Below are positions 18,418 to 27,625 of a stretch of 64,000 nt of DNA, piece by piece. How positions within the stretch are numbered: the stretch's first letter is position 1; each line of letters opens with the position of its first letter. The notes under the pieces are model-generated. The model made no database searches and was not told the origin of the DNA. It saw only the letters and a program-made list of their open reading frames with translations. The stretch comes from a virus, in the IMG/VR virus record IMGVR_UViG_3300035070_003385, positions 118,739 to 182,738 of that record; one strand, written 5' to 3'. The position numbers were made by a program, and so were the translations under genes.

Positions 18418-18676
18418 CATAGTAGTGACTATATATGGAAAAGATAATTGCCATTGGTGCAAAGAAGCAAAATCTTTAGCTGAAAATTATTCTCTTAAGT
18501 ACGAATATAAAAATATAGGCACATCAGAAAATAGAAACGAAATGTTTAAATTGGTTCCTAATGCTAAAACTGTACCACAAATATTTTGGAATAATAAACA
18601 TATAGGTGGATATAATGAATTTGCTTCTGAAATCGAAAATACGTTAGGTAGCAATTTTGGGCAAGAACTTTTTTAA
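18410..18676 (+). CDS. nrdC: Glutaredoxin
   Basis: IYGKDNCHWC active site; TVPQIF; HIGGY. Confidence 0.9.
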   Translation: MSDIVVTIYGKDNCHWCKEAKSLAENYSLKYEYKNIGTSENRNEMFKLVPNAKTVPQIFWNNKHIGGYNEFASEIENTLGSNFGQELF

Positions 18677-18691
18677 ATTGTCATTTGGCTA

Positions 18692-18725
18692 TTGACATTT
18701 ACTTAATAATAGTATAGATTGATTC
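18692..18725 (+). promoter_or_regulatory. Sigma70-type early promoter with GATTC abutting the -10 box
   Basis: TTGACA-N17-TAGATT-GATTC. Confidence 0.7.
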
Positions 18726-18747
18726 TATAAACAAAAGGAATCAAAAT

Positions 18748-18990
18748 ATGCCATATACAGTTGAACTCGACATTTCTCACGAAGCTGACCATTCAGAAGT
18801 TGTAGAATTTGCATCTAATTTGGATTGTGCAGCTAAACTTTTAATGGAAAATGGCCCAGCAGGCGGTAACCCTCTTTATGAATTCTCATCTGATAACTAT
18901 AATAAGATTCGAGAATTACTTGTTGAACTCTTTGGCCAAGGCCACGGTTTCGATGAAGAAGAACTTAAAACTATGATCGTAGAGGTATAA
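18748..18990 (+). CDS. Hypothetical protein
   Basis: SD AAGGA; GPAGGNP motif. Confidence 0.6.
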   Translation: MPYTVELDISHEADHSEVVEFASNLDCAAKLLMENGPAGGNPLYEFSSDNYNKIRELLVELFGQGHGFDEEELKTMIVEV

Positions 18991-18993
18991 ATT

Positions 18994-19182
18994 ATGATTG
19001 ATTATATTGAATTTGCAAAACGTCTTCGCGGCTTGGCAAGACGTGCTGATAATTTTGGAAAAAACCGTAAAGACGTTCTTTGGGAAATTATTGCAATTGC
19101 TGAAGATTACGAACAAAAAGCAAATCGTATTGAAATGGAAATGATTATCCAAGCTCAGCGCGACGCAGTAGAGGCATCTTAA
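18994..19182 (+). CDS. Hypothetical protein
   Basis: Operon ORF, helical. Confidence 0.5.
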   Translation: MIDYIEFAKRLRGLARRADNFGKNRKDVLWEIIAIAEDYEQKANRIEMEMIIQAQRDAVEAS

Positions 19183-19183
19183 C

Positions 19184-19525
19184 ATGAGTATGCATATGAT
19201 ACATGGTGTACAAGTACACGGCAAATCTAAAAAGAAACTAACACCTAAAGACCGGTTAGCTGCTGTTGAACATGAAAAATGGCTTAAGTCAATTGGAGTT
19301 GGTAAAACAAAAGCACGGAATACAAATACAATTCCAGACTACAGTACAGGACCAAGAATGACTTCAGATAAAATTGCTGGGCATGGCCGCGCTAAAGAGC
19401 GTAGTATATACAGTGGTGAACGACGTCTACTTGGTATTGCTACAATGCATAAGTCAAACATGGTACCTATCTTTGCCGATAAAAAAGAAGATGCAAAAGA
19501 TATTGCAGAAATGCGGAGAAATTAA
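19184..19525 (+). CDS. Conserved hypothetical protein of marine T4-like phages
   Basis: C-terminal GIATMHKSNMVPIF motif. Confidence 0.6.
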   Translation: MSMHMIHGVQVHGKSKKKLTPKDRLAAVEHEKWLKSIGVGKTKARNTNTIPDYSTGPRMTSDKIAGHGRAKERSIYSGERRLLGIATMHKSNMVPIFADKKEDAKDIAEMRRN

Positions 19526-19729
19526 ATGAAGCTTACTTCCGATATGATCATAGATGATGAATATATTATGTTTGGTAATAAGATTACACGCTTTGAAGTT
19601 ATTGATGATGACGGCCGATCTTATACAAAAAATAACATAAAAGAAATAAAGTTTCAATTACAAGATGACAACCTAACATTGAAGGCTTTTATTCATTATG
19701 TTAAAGAAGATGAAATATGTATTGACTGA
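19526..19729 (+). CDS. Hypothetical protein
   Basis: Operon ORF; FEVIDDDGRSY. Confidence 0.5.
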   Translation: MKLTSDMIIDDEYIMFGNKITRFEVIDDDGRSYTKNNIKEIKFQLQDDNLTLKAFIHYVKEDEICID

Positions 19730-19780
19730 TAAATTAATATAAGCATGCTTAATAAATAACTCTGTAAAAGGAGTTACATC

Positions 19781-20215
19781 ATGTGGTATTATCAAGGTAA
19801 AGAATTTACTTCGGAAATGATTGGGGATTATATTGGTTTCGTATATATAATTACTGACACTTCAAACGATAAAAAATATATCGGAAAAAAAATCTTTAAA
19901 TCCAAAAGAAAACTTCAACCGCTTAAGGGTAAAACCCGAAAACGGACTAAAATTGTTGAATCTGATTGGATGAAATATTACGGCTCATCAGAAGAAGTTA
20001 AGCTTATGGTTGAAGAAAAAGGTGCAAATACCTTTTACCGAGAAATAATTCATCTTTGTGATAAGAAAGGAGAAATGGGATATCTTGAGCTTTATGAACA
20101 AATCACTCGTCACGCGTTATTAGACGATTCATATTATAACGGTATTTGTCAAGCAAAAATCCACAGAAGCCATGTTAAAGGATTAAAATGGCTTATGAGT
20201 CATACTAATGGTTGA
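19781..20215 (+). CDS. GIY-YIG family endonuclease
   Basis: GFVYIIT...KKYIGKK; YYGSS; FYREII; YYN. Confidence 0.8.
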   Translation: MWYYQGKEFTSEMIGDYIGFVYIITDTSNDKKYIGKKIFKSKRKLQPLKGKTRKRTKIVESDWMKYYGSSEEVKLMVEEKGANTFYREIIHLCDKKGEMGYLELYEQITRHALLDDSYYNGICQAKIHRSHVKGLKWLMSHTNG

Positions 20216-20240
20216 CATTTATATTTAGTTGTGTTATATT
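20212..20240 (+). promoter_or_regulatory. Sigma70-type promoter
   Basis: TTGACA-N17-TATATT. Confidence 0.7.
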
Positions 20241-20275
20241 AGAAATATAGAATCAAACATGCCGGAGAAAAGCAA

Positions 20276-20524
20276 ATGATTATTAAAAGAAAAAGTGTTA
20301 TTAGCGGAATTATTCGTTCATTGGATATTCCTGTTAATCCTGACGATTATGCTATATGGAAATCTGGCCTTGAAAGTATTCAAATGGCTATGCCTTATCT
20401 TAATGACGATGATCGTGAGTTTATTCTTTCTGGTATTATTGCTAGCGAATGGGATAGCGCCTTTTCTGAAACGATTGAGGATATTATTTCTGACACGGTT
20501 GCAAACAGAAAGATTTCAGCTTGA
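20276..20524 (+). CDS. Hypothetical protein
   Basis: SD GGAG; IQMAMPYLNDDDREFILSG. Confidence 0.6.
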   Translation: MIIKRKSVISGIIRSLDIPVNPDDYAIWKSGLESIQMAMPYLNDDDREFILSGIIASEWDSAFSETIEDIISDTVANRKISA

Positions 20525-21171
20525 TTATATTATTTAATGGCCCTCCCAGGTCAGGAAAAGATGAAGCTGCCAGTTACTTTAAACAGAAAGGATTTAAACA
20601 TCTTTCTTTTAAGTACCAACTATACAAAGAAACGTGCAACTATTTTAAATGTAATTACGAATGGTTCATGGATCGTTATGATAACCGCGCTGTGAAGGAA
20701 GTCCCACATATTAATTTAGGCCATATGTCTTGTCGTGAGGCTATGATATATGTATCAGAAAAAATTATTAAGCCAAAGCTCGGTTTAGATTTTTTTGGAA
20801 AACAGGTTGCAAATGAAATTGATATATCAAAAAACTATTGTATTTCAGACGGTGGCTTTATTGATGAACTCATTCCAGTTATAAATAGAATTGGTTCCGA
20901 TAATTTTGTTTTGGTACAACTTACTAGAGACGGCTGTGATTATTCCTCAGATTCAAGAAGGTATTTCGACGGAAATCTTTACCGTGAATATGTAAATTCA
21001 TACGCAACACCAATTCAAAAAAAATATGTTTTGCCTCACAAATTTAATGTCAAAACGTATAGAATTCATAATAACGGCGAACTCGGAGCCTTTCACAATG
21101 TATTAAAAGATATTTACACAAAGGAATGTCATGAGAGCGCACCAGGAGCAAAAGAAAGCTGCAAAGTCTAA
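20521..21171 (+). CDS. Deoxynucleoside monophosphate kinase-like P-loop protein (T4 gp1-like)
   Basis: GPPRSGKD Walker A; ISDGGF. Confidence 0.7.
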   Translation: MIILFNGPPRSGKDEAASYFKQKGFKHLSFKYQLYKETCNYFKCNYEWFMDRYDNRAVKEVPHINLGHMSCREAMIYVSEKIIKPKLGLDFFGKQVANEIDISKNYCISDGGFIDELIPVINRIGSDNFVLVQLTRDGCDYSSDSRRYFDGNLYREYVNSYATPIQKKYVLPHKFNVKTYRIHNNGELGAFHNVLKDIYTKECHESAPGAKESCKV

Positions 21172-21355
21172 AATATTTTGCGAAAATCCATATGATTTAG
21201 AAACTTTTTTTGAATCTTTAGAAATTGCGGCATACGGAAATAAAGAGCTTATTTTTATGGATAAATTTATAGCTTATTTGCGACTAGACCCGTTAGTCGA
21301 CACGACAAAAATAAGTTATAAAATATTACAAGAATTAAATCTTATAAAAATTTAA
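21131..21355 (+). CDS. Hypothetical protein
   Basis: Operon ORF. Confidence 0.45.
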   Translation: MRAHQEQKKAAKSKIFCENPYDLETFFESLEIAAYGNKELIFMDKFIAYLRLDPLVDTTKISYKILQELNLIKI

Positions 21356-21373
21356 ATTTGAGGAAATTATATT

Positions 21374-21637
21374 ATGTACGATAAAAATGAAATTATCGAG
21401 TCTTTGAAAAAAGGCTCATGTAAAATTGTTTTTACAAAAGTAAATGGCGATGAACGTGTAATGAACTGCACCCTCCACGAGTCCTTTCTCCCAGAGCAGA
21501 TTGACGTAGAAGAACATATTCAAAAGAAAAAACCGAATCAAGATGTGCTTGCGGTCTGGGATAGCGATATTGGCGGCTGGCGGTCATTTCGCTGGGATTC
21601 AATTAAAGAGTTTAATGTAGATTTTTGGATAAGTTAA
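21374..21637 (+). CDS. SH3/WYL_2-like conserved T4-like protein
   Basis: FTKVNGDERVMNCTL and VWD....GWRSFR motifs. Confidence 0.65.
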   Translation: MYDKNEIIESLKKGSCKIVFTKVNGDERVMNCTLHESFLPEQIDVEEHIQKKKPNQDVLAVWDSDIGGWRSFRWDSIKEFNVDFWIS

Positions 21638-22581
21638 TGAGCTGCGTTTATAAAGGAAAAGTAATAGAAACAGATTTGTCGAAAAATTCACAAGGCGGAA
21701 CTGAAATGATGCGCAGTCGCCTCGTAAAAAATATAGATAAAACTTTACTTGAAAAATACGCTATTCATTTATCAAGACCTCGCGAATTTCATGATGATGT
21801 AAAGAATATTCTTTGGTGCCACGATCTTGCCTTGGATCCTGAAAACAAAATTCTTAAAAACAATGGTTGGGAAAAATTCGATCATTTTGTATTTGTTTCA
21901 TATTGGCAAAGAGATCAATATATTTTAATTTACGGAATTCCTTATTCTAAATGCACAGTTATTCAAAATGCTATTGAATTAGAATATTCGCCGGTTATGA
22001 AACAAACAGATCAAATTCGTTTAATATATCATACAACTCCACATAGGGGTCTTGAACTCGTGTATCCAATTGTAGATGCATTATCAAAACAATACGATAA
22101 TATTCATTTAGACGTATATTCATCTTTTTCAATATACGGTTGGAAGCAAAGAGATAAACCGTTTAAAGAACTTTTTGATAAGATTAAAAATCACAGTCAT
22201 ATGACATATCATGGCTCTGTTAATAACAACGATATTCTTATGGCATTGAGTAAAAGTCATATATTTTTATTCCCTTCTATTTGGCAAGAAACATCGTGCA
22301 TTGCTATGATTGAAGCTATACGCTCTGGTGTTTTAGTAATTCATCCTAGCTACGGCGCTCTTCAAGAAACTGCTGTTGATGCAACTGTGATGTACGAATA
22401 TACTGAAATTGCAAATGATAATGCAAACATGGCTTTTTCCGTGACCAAAAATTTATTAGAAGCTCAAAAAGTTGAGCCGAATTTATTTAATACTATGACT
22501 TCGTCCGAGCGATTTGTGCTTCCTAAAAATAGTATAAATAATTTTACTAACTCTTGGAATAACTTATTGAGGCATTTATAA
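21625..22581 (+). CDS. Glycosyltransferase, GT-B fold (GT4-like; likely start 21637)
   Basis: GGTE, WCHD, TTPHRGLE, PSIWQETSCIAMIEA motifs. Confidence 0.8.
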   Translation: MDKLMSCVYKGKVIETDLSKNSQGGTEMMRSRLVKNIDKTLLEKYAIHLSRPREFHDDVKNILWCHDLALDPENKILKNNGWEKFDHFVFVSYWQRDQYILIYGIPYSKCTVIQNAIELEYSPVMKQTDQIRLIYHTTPHRGLELVYPIVDALSKQYDNIHLDVYSSFSIYGWKQRDKPFKELFDKIKNHSHMTYHGSVNNNDILMALSKSHIFLFPSIWQETSCIAMIEAIRSGVLVIHPSYGALQETAVDATVMYEYTEIANDNANMAFSVTKNLLEAQKVEPNLFNTMTSSERFVLPKNSINNFTNSWNNLLRHL

Positions 22582-22923
22582 TTGGGCGAGCTCATTTCCT
22601 TTCCAAAAATCAAATTGGATACACCACCACAATCAGCTGAAGAATTGGCTGAAAAACTAGCTGATTATAGAATTAGCTTTTCAACCGACGTTGCTGAACA
22701 ATTGTGGAATTTAGTTCTTCTTGAAATGGTAAGATCTGGGTGTAAATTTGACGACAATATAGAAGAGTATTTTCCTTCGATTATACTTTTATTAGAAGCA
22801 ATCAAATCACTACATCTGCATACTAATAAAATTCATCATACACTTCAAGATTTTGCAAAAGATTTCGTTATTGAGGAAGATATGGATGAAGAATCTATTG
22901 ACATTAACGATCTTTTAGATTAA
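22582..22923 (+). CDS. Hypothetical protein
   Basis: ELISFPK start; acidic tail. Confidence 0.55.
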   Translation: MGELISFPKIKLDTPPQSAEELAEKLADYRISFSTDVAEQLWNLVLLEMVRSGCKFDDNIEEYFPSIILLLEAIKSLHLHTNKIHHTLQDFAKDFVIEEDMDEESIDINDLLD

Positions 22924-22964
22924 TATAGATCTGTACAATACAGATATGAAAGAAACAATATAAT

Positions 22965-23825
22965 ATGGCTATTTTAATTGACTTTAATCAAGTAATGTTG
23001 GCATCTTTATTTGCTAGCATTGGAAACCACCACAACATTGACGTTGATGAAAACCTTTTACGTCACATGTTCCTTAATTCTATTCGATCAAATCGAAAAA
23101 AGTTTCACGAAGAATTTGGTGAAATTGTAATTTGCGCTGACGGCCAAAAATCATGGAGGCGTGAAAGCTTTCCATACTACAAGGCAGCGCGTAAAAAAAC
23201 CCGTGATGAGTCTGAATTAGATTGGAACCACCTGTTTGGTATCATAAACAACATTCGCTCTGAGCTAAAGGAATACTTTCCATATAAAGTAATTCACATT
23301 GACCATTGCGAAGCAGATGACGTAATTGGAACAGTACTACACAAATATGGAACCGAGCTAAACATTGGAGCTGAGCAATTTCTTATTTTATCTGGCGACC
23401 ATGATTTTAAACAATTGCACAAATATGCAAACGTAAAACAATACGATCCTGTTCGTAAGAAATGGATTCAAAATTCCGATCCTGATAAATATTTACGAGA
23501 ACATGTATTAAAAGGAGATGTTGGCGACGGAGTTCCAAATATTCTATCGGCTGATAACTGTATAGTAATTGGCGATCGCCAAAAGCCAATGACAGCAAAA
23601 AGAATTGCAAACTTTACTGAAAATCCAGAATCAATGGATTCTCAAACAAAGGCTAGGTTTGATCGTAATACTCTTATGATTGATCTTTCTAAAGTTCCGC
23701 AAAATTATCAAGATATAATTCTTTCTGAATATGCTATTGAAAAAGAATTTGGAAGATCTAAACTATTTAACTATTTCGTACAAAAGAAACTAAAAAACTT
23801 AATTACTGACATACAGGATTTTTAA
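22965..23825 (+). CDS. rnh: RNase H / 5'-3' exonuclease (FEN family)
   Basis: ILIDFNQ, WRRESFPYYKAAR, EADDVI, LSGDHDFKQL, GDVGDGVPN. Confidence 0.92.
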   Translation: MAILIDFNQVMLASLFASIGNHHNIDVDENLLRHMFLNSIRSNRKKFHEEFGEIVICADGQKSWRRESFPYYKAARKKTRDESELDWNHLFGIINNIRSELKEYFPYKVIHIDHCEADDVIGTVLHKYGTELNIGAEQFLILSGDHDFKQLHKYANVKQYDPVRKKWIQNSDPDKYLREHVLKGDVGDGVPNILSADNCIVIGDRQKPMTAKRIANFTENPESMDSQTKARFDRNTLMIDLSKVPQNYQDIILSEYAIEKEFGRSKLFNYFVQKKLKNLITDIQDF

Positions 23826-24265
23826 TGTTATTATCATTATCTGAAATTATTAACAAGGCGTGCAAACTTGACTCAAAAGAGGAAAAAATAGCATGGCTTC
23901 AAAAAAATGACACCGTTCCTCTACGAACAATTCTTAAAAACACGTACGATAAAAGTGTTGAATTTTTAATTCCTAGTGTTCCACCCCCTTGGAAAAAGAA
24001 CGGGTATTTTGACGTTGAAGGAATGTTGTTTAAAGAAGCAAGGCGTTTGCGTATTTTTATAAAGGGTGGAGGCTATGATAACCTAAACCAAGTAAAAAGA
24101 GAAAACCTTTTTATCAGTTTGTTACAAGACGTTGACGATAAAGACGCAGATTTGTTATGTAAAATGATTGCCCAAAAACCAATTAAGGGATTGCCAAAGG
24201 CAGTTGTGATAGAAGCATTCCCGGGCCTAATTACAGCAATAGTAAAAGAGAAAGAAAATGGCTAA
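23825..24265 (+). CDS. Conserved T4-like hypothetical protein (DUF6433-like)
   Basis: LSEII...KIAWL...KRENLFISLL pattern, typically found after rnh. Confidence 0.65.
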   Translation: MLLSLSEIINKACKLDSKEEKIAWLQKNDTVPLRTILKNTYDKSVEFLIPSVPPPWKKNGYFDVEGMLFKEARRLRIFIKGGGYDNLNQVKRENLFISLLQDVDDKDADLLCKMIAQKPIKGLPKAVVIEAFPGLITAIVKEKENG

Positions 24266-24416
24266 ATCGTTCAAAAAATTTAGAGAAGATTATGATGAAT
24301 GGGACGATGATGATGAAAATTATGATCGTAAAAAGCAAAAAATGAATATCCAAAACCAGCGCCGTAAAAAAGCAAAGGAAAGATCTTCTATTTTCGACGA
24401 AAACGAAAAACCATAA
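24258..24416 (+). CDS. Small charged protein (52 aa, not in the ORF track)
   Basis: MAKSFKKFREDYDEWDDDDENY...; overlaps the upstream stop. Confidence 0.55.
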   Translation: MAKSFKKFREDYDEWDDDDENYDRKKQKMNIQNQRRKKAKERSSIFDENEKP

Positions 24417-24435
24417 TTCTTTTTCATATTAACTA

Positions 24436-24469
24436 TTGACATTTGAGTACAAATAGCGTATATTGATTC
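24436..24469 (+). promoter_or_regulatory. Sigma70-type early promoter with GATTC abutting the -10 box
   Basis: TTGACA-N17-TATATT-GATTC. Confidence 0.75.
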
Positions 24470-24498
24470 TATAAGGTAAAACAAAAGGAATCAATACT

Positions 24499-24888
24499 AT
24501 GGGTACTTCATCAATGATCGGCTACTACAACGAAGACGGCTCAGTTACTGCAACGTACTGCCATTACGATGGTTACCTTGCTTATAACGGCCGTCTTTTG
24601 GTTGAAAGCTACAACACCTCAGAAAAAGCAAAAGCTGTCGCCAACTCAGGTTACCTTTCAAGTCTCAAGTCTAACTTATATGAAAGTGTAGTTGAAGCAG
24701 TACATAACGAACTTGCTGTTGAATATGATTCTCCAAAGGTATTCTTGCAGTGTGGCGATAACCACGCAGGTGCTGATTATCTTTACTTCTTTGATGGGGA
24801 GGCATGGCTTTATACAGACACGCATACTTCTTACTGGCACCGCCGCTGGGAAGAAGTTGAAATGAATTTAAATGAGGTAACTGCATAA
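24499..24888 (+). CDS. Conserved phage hypothetical protein (YCHYDGY family)
   Basis: MGTSSMIG...YCHYDGY motif; SD AAGGA. Confidence 0.65.
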   Translation: MGTSSMIGYYNEDGSVTATYCHYDGYLAYNGRLLVESYNTSEKAKAVANSGYLSSLKSNLYESVVEAVHNELAVEYDSPKVFLQCGDNHAGADYLYFFDGEAWLYTDTHTSYWHRRWEEVEMNLNEVTA

Positions 24889-24894
24889 TAACTA

Positions 24895-24923
24895 TTGACA
24901 TTTGCTCGCGAATCAGATAGATT
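24895..24923 (+). promoter_or_regulatory. Sigma70-type early promoter with GAATC in the spacer
   Basis: TTGACA-N17-TAGATT; GAATCAG at 24910. Confidence 0.75.
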
Positions 24924-24951
24924 GTATATATCAAATGAAAAGGACTACATC

Positions 24952-25308
24952 ATGACTAAAGTAACAAAATTCGACAAACCAACTCTTCGCAATCTTCGTA
25001 ACGAAATGCAAGCATTGCTTGATGCATATGGCGTCGAAACTAATTTGGAAATCTTAGTAGGAAACATGAGTTATTCAGACGCTGAAGTTAACATTAAAAT
25101 CCAAGCAAAAGTAAAAGGTGCGGTTACTATGACTGATCGAATTCTTCAAATGGAGGCCGAACGTCTTGGTTTAAAAATGGAAAATAAAGCAGGTGAAAAA
25201 CTTGTATCGTATAAAACACGCGCTCAAAAATATTCATTCGTATATGAGTCTCGTGGAAAAATGTATAAGACCGACGAACGTGGTATCGTAGCACGTTTCG
25301 CGGCATAA
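24952..25308 (+). CDS. Hypothetical protein (within ORF 24895-25308; likely start 24952)
   Basis: SD AAGGA before MTKVTKFDK. Confidence 0.6.
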   Translation: MTKVTKFDKPTLRNLRNEMQALLDAYGVETNLEILVGNMSYSDAEVNIKIQAKVKGAVTMTDRILQMEAERLGLKMENKAGEKLVSYKTRAQKYSFVYESRGKMYKTDERGIVARFAA

Positions 25309-25326
25309 GTTAAGAAAGACTATAAT

Positions 25327-25905
25327 ATGAAACTAAATGAAAAACTAATCCTCGTAGATTGTGATGGTGTATTGCTCGATTGGCAATATTCCTTTTATAA
25401 ATGGATGGAAGCACGAGGTCATACTCCGCTTTCATATGAAGAATATGATATGGGTAAAGTATTTAATATGCCTTATTCAGAAGCAAAGCAAATGTGCGAA
25501 TACTTTAATACATCGGCCGCAATTGGATGGCTAACTCCATTCCGAGATGCTGTTAAATACGTACGCAAACTTCACGAAGATCACGGCTATGTATTCCATT
25601 GCATTACATCTCTGTCTACTGATAAGTATGCAGGTAAACTTCGTACAAAAAATCTTGAAGCTATTTTTGGCAAAAAGGTTTTTGAGGAAGTTATCTGCCT
25701 TGAATGCGGTGGAGATAAGGATGAAGCCCTTGAGCCTTACCGTGACACTGGCTGCTTCTGGGTTGAAGATAAGCCAGAGAACGCGGACCTTGGAATTAAA
25801 CTTGGTCTAAACTCGATACTCATCGAACATGAACACAATAAAGATTATGTCGGTTTGGCACAAAAAGTTGCAAATTGGAAGGAAATTTACGAAATGATTG
25901 TATAA
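25327..25905 (+). CDS. HAD-family hydrolase, T4 gp30.2-like
   Basis: LVDCDGVLLDW motif I; WVEDK motif. Confidence 0.75.
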   Translation: MKLNEKLILVDCDGVLLDWQYSFYKWMEARGHTPLSYEEYDMGKVFNMPYSEAKQMCEYFNTSAAIGWLTPFRDAVKYVRKLHEDHGYVFHCITSLSTDKYAGKLRTKNLEAIFGKKVFEEVICLECGGDKDEALEPYRDTGCFWVEDKPENADLGIKLGLNSILIEHEHNKDYVGLAQKVANWKEIYEMIV

Positions 25906-25907
25906 AT
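25900..25907 (+). promoter_or_regulatory. T4-type late promoter
   Basis: Exact TATAAATA. Confidence 0.55.
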
Positions 25908-25937
25908 AAAGGTAATACAGATTAGTTATATTATGCT

Positions 25938-25970
25938 AAGGCGATTCTGTATGGATCGCCTTTTTATTTT
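25938..25970 (+). terminator. Rho-independent terminator-like hairpin
   Basis: AAGGCGAT...ATCGCCTT followed by a T tract. Confidence 0.6.
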
Positions 25971-25985
25971 TTTAAAGGAGACTTA

Positions 25986-26219
25986 ATGCCTCATTATAGT
26001 TTTGAAGACAAAGAAACGAATGAACAATTTGATAAGATTATGAGTATGTCCGAACGCGAGACATATTTAATAGAAAACCCCACCGTAAAACAAATATTTA
26101 AGAGATTTCCGGGAATCGTTGACTCGGTACGCATTGGTGTCCGTAGACCCGATGATAATTTTCGTGATGTATTACAAAAAGCAAAAGTTCATAAAGATAA
26201 CACAATAAACATACGATAG
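25986..26219 (+). CDS. FmdB-like small protein lacking the Zn-ribbon cysteines
   Basis: MPHYSFED..T.E.F..IMS pattern; SD AAGGAG. Confidence 0.55.
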   Translation: MPHYSFEDKETNEQFDKIMSMSERETYLIENPTVKQIFKRFPGIVDSVRIGVRRPDDNFRDVLQKAKVHKDNTINIR

Positions 26220-26255
26220 GAAACGAAAAATTTTCCTCATTCGTAAGGAGGTTTC

Positions 26256-27008
26256 ATGGCAACACAGCAGCGTAGATTATCTAAGAGAGAAAAGCGTAGA
26301 CAAGAAAGAGAAATGGATCATATGGTCGGTATTTTAAATCAAAAGTTTTCAATGCGAAAGATCAGCCCATTAACTCCAAAACAAAACGATTTATTTAGAT
26401 CTTATAAACAAGGATATAATCTCGCAGCCATCGGAACAGCAGGTACAGGAAAAACAATGTGTGCTACATACTTGGCACTCAAAGATGTACTAGAGAAAGG
26501 AGAGTATGAAAAAATCGTCATAGTTAGATCTGCAGTTCAAACGCGCGAACAGGGATTTGTCCCAGGTACATTAGAACAAAAGGAAGCAATATTTGAAGCT
26601 CCTTATGTTGACATAGTCAACGATTTGTTTGGAAGAAAGGACGCTTATCAAATACTTAAAATGAAAGGGATGATTAAATTTACAACTTCTTCGAATATCA
26701 GGGGTCTTACGTTTGATAACTCGGTTATAATTGTAGATGAATGCCAATCTATGAATTACCACGAGCTTGATACTATTATTACGCGAGTTGGCGAATCGTC
26801 AAAAATTATTTTTTGCGGAGATACAGCGCAAGACGACTTAGCTGCTTCTAAAAATAAAGCTGATAATTCAGGACTATACGACTTTTTAAAAGTTCTTAAA
26901 CAAATTACATCCTTTAACGTTATAAATTTTGGAGTAGACGATATTGTTCGCTCTGGGCTTGTAAAAGAATATATAATTGCAAAAGAAAAAATATTAGAAG
27001 CTGCTTAA
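26256..27008 (+). CDS. phoH: PhoH family ATPase
   Basis: GTAGTGKT, GFVPG, IRGLTF, VDECQ, GDTAQDD, IVRSGLV. Confidence 0.92.
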   Translation: MATQQRRLSKREKRRQEREMDHMVGILNQKFSMRKISPLTPKQNDLFRSYKQGYNLAAIGTAGTGKTMCATYLALKDVLEKGEYEKIVIVRSAVQTREQGFVPGTLEQKEAIFEAPYVDIVNDLFGRKDAYQILKMKGMIKFTTSSNIRGLTFDNSVIIVDECQSMNYHELDTIITRVGESSKIIFCGDTAQDDLAASKNKADNSGLYDFLKVLKQITSFNVINFGVDDIVRSGLVKEYIIAKEKILEAA

Positions 27009-27016
27009 ATACTGAT

Positions 27017-27053
27017 TAGTGCCTCTTTATAAATATAAGTAAAAGAGGCACTA
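27017..27053 (+). promoter_or_regulatory. 12-bp hairpin enclosing a late promoter and sequestering the PAAR gene SD
   Basis: TAGTGCCTCTTT / AAAGAGGCACTA perfect inverted repeat; TATAAATA at 27028-27035. Confidence 0.75.
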
Positions 27054-27058
27054 ACATT

Positions 27059-27361
27059 ATGAGCAAAGGAATTGTAAGAGATAGAATAGACCGTCATTAT
27101 GGTCACGCGTCTCCTACTCCAAACCCATTCCACCAAACTCCATATAACTCAACGAAACAAGAAAAAGTTTTCGTTGAGACACGTAGGGCTATTGTCAAGG
27201 GTGATAAAACCGCCTGCGGAGATCCTGCCGTAGGCGCATCTACAAAGGTTTTTGCGCAAGGAATTGGTGTGCATAGAAAGCTGGACACTACGGGCGGTCA
27301 TGGATCTTGGCCTGCAAATGCCGCGAAAGGTGGTTCTGGTAAGGTATTTGCAGGTGGATAA
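27059..27361 (+). CDS. PAAR-like tail spike tip protein (gp5.4-like)
   Basis: D.H.GH, VFVE, GDKTACG, GASTKVF, TGGHG, GSGKVFAG pattern. Confidence 0.8.
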   Translation: MSKGIVRDRIDRHYGHASPTPNPFHQTPYNSTKQEKVFVETRRAIVKGDKTACGDPAVGASTKVFAQGIGVHRKLDTTGGHGSWPANAAKGGSGKVFAGG

Positions 27362-27364
27362 ATT

Positions 27365-27625
27365 ATGAGTACGAAACCAAATTATAGAAGTTTTCTTGCT
27401 CAAATCGCGGCAGAAACAGACCCTATTGAAAAACAGCGTTTGATTGAACTTACGTATCAATTTGTGTTTGACGATATTAATGAAGAAGATAAAATAGCCT
27501 TTTCGTATGTTAACGACGATTACGTAGTACCAAACCCAGGTTACCAACCTTACGGTCCTGAAACAATGGGTCTCTTTGCTGCATACGTCGGGCTGTATTA
27601 TAGTGACGAAGGAGAAACCACATAA
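27365..27625 (+). CDS. Hypothetical virion-associated protein
   Basis: Late operon position. Confidence 0.55.
   Translation: MSTKPNYRSFLAQIAAETDPIEKQRLIELTYQFVFDDINEEDKIAFSYVNDDYVVPNPGYQPYGPETMGLFAAYVGLYYSDEGETT

Noticed and set aside
21625-22581. GT4-like gene as a T4 DNA glucosyltransferase
   Set aside because: No hydroxymethylase is visible in the window and the motifs fit generic GT-B enzymes; the substrate cannot be assigned
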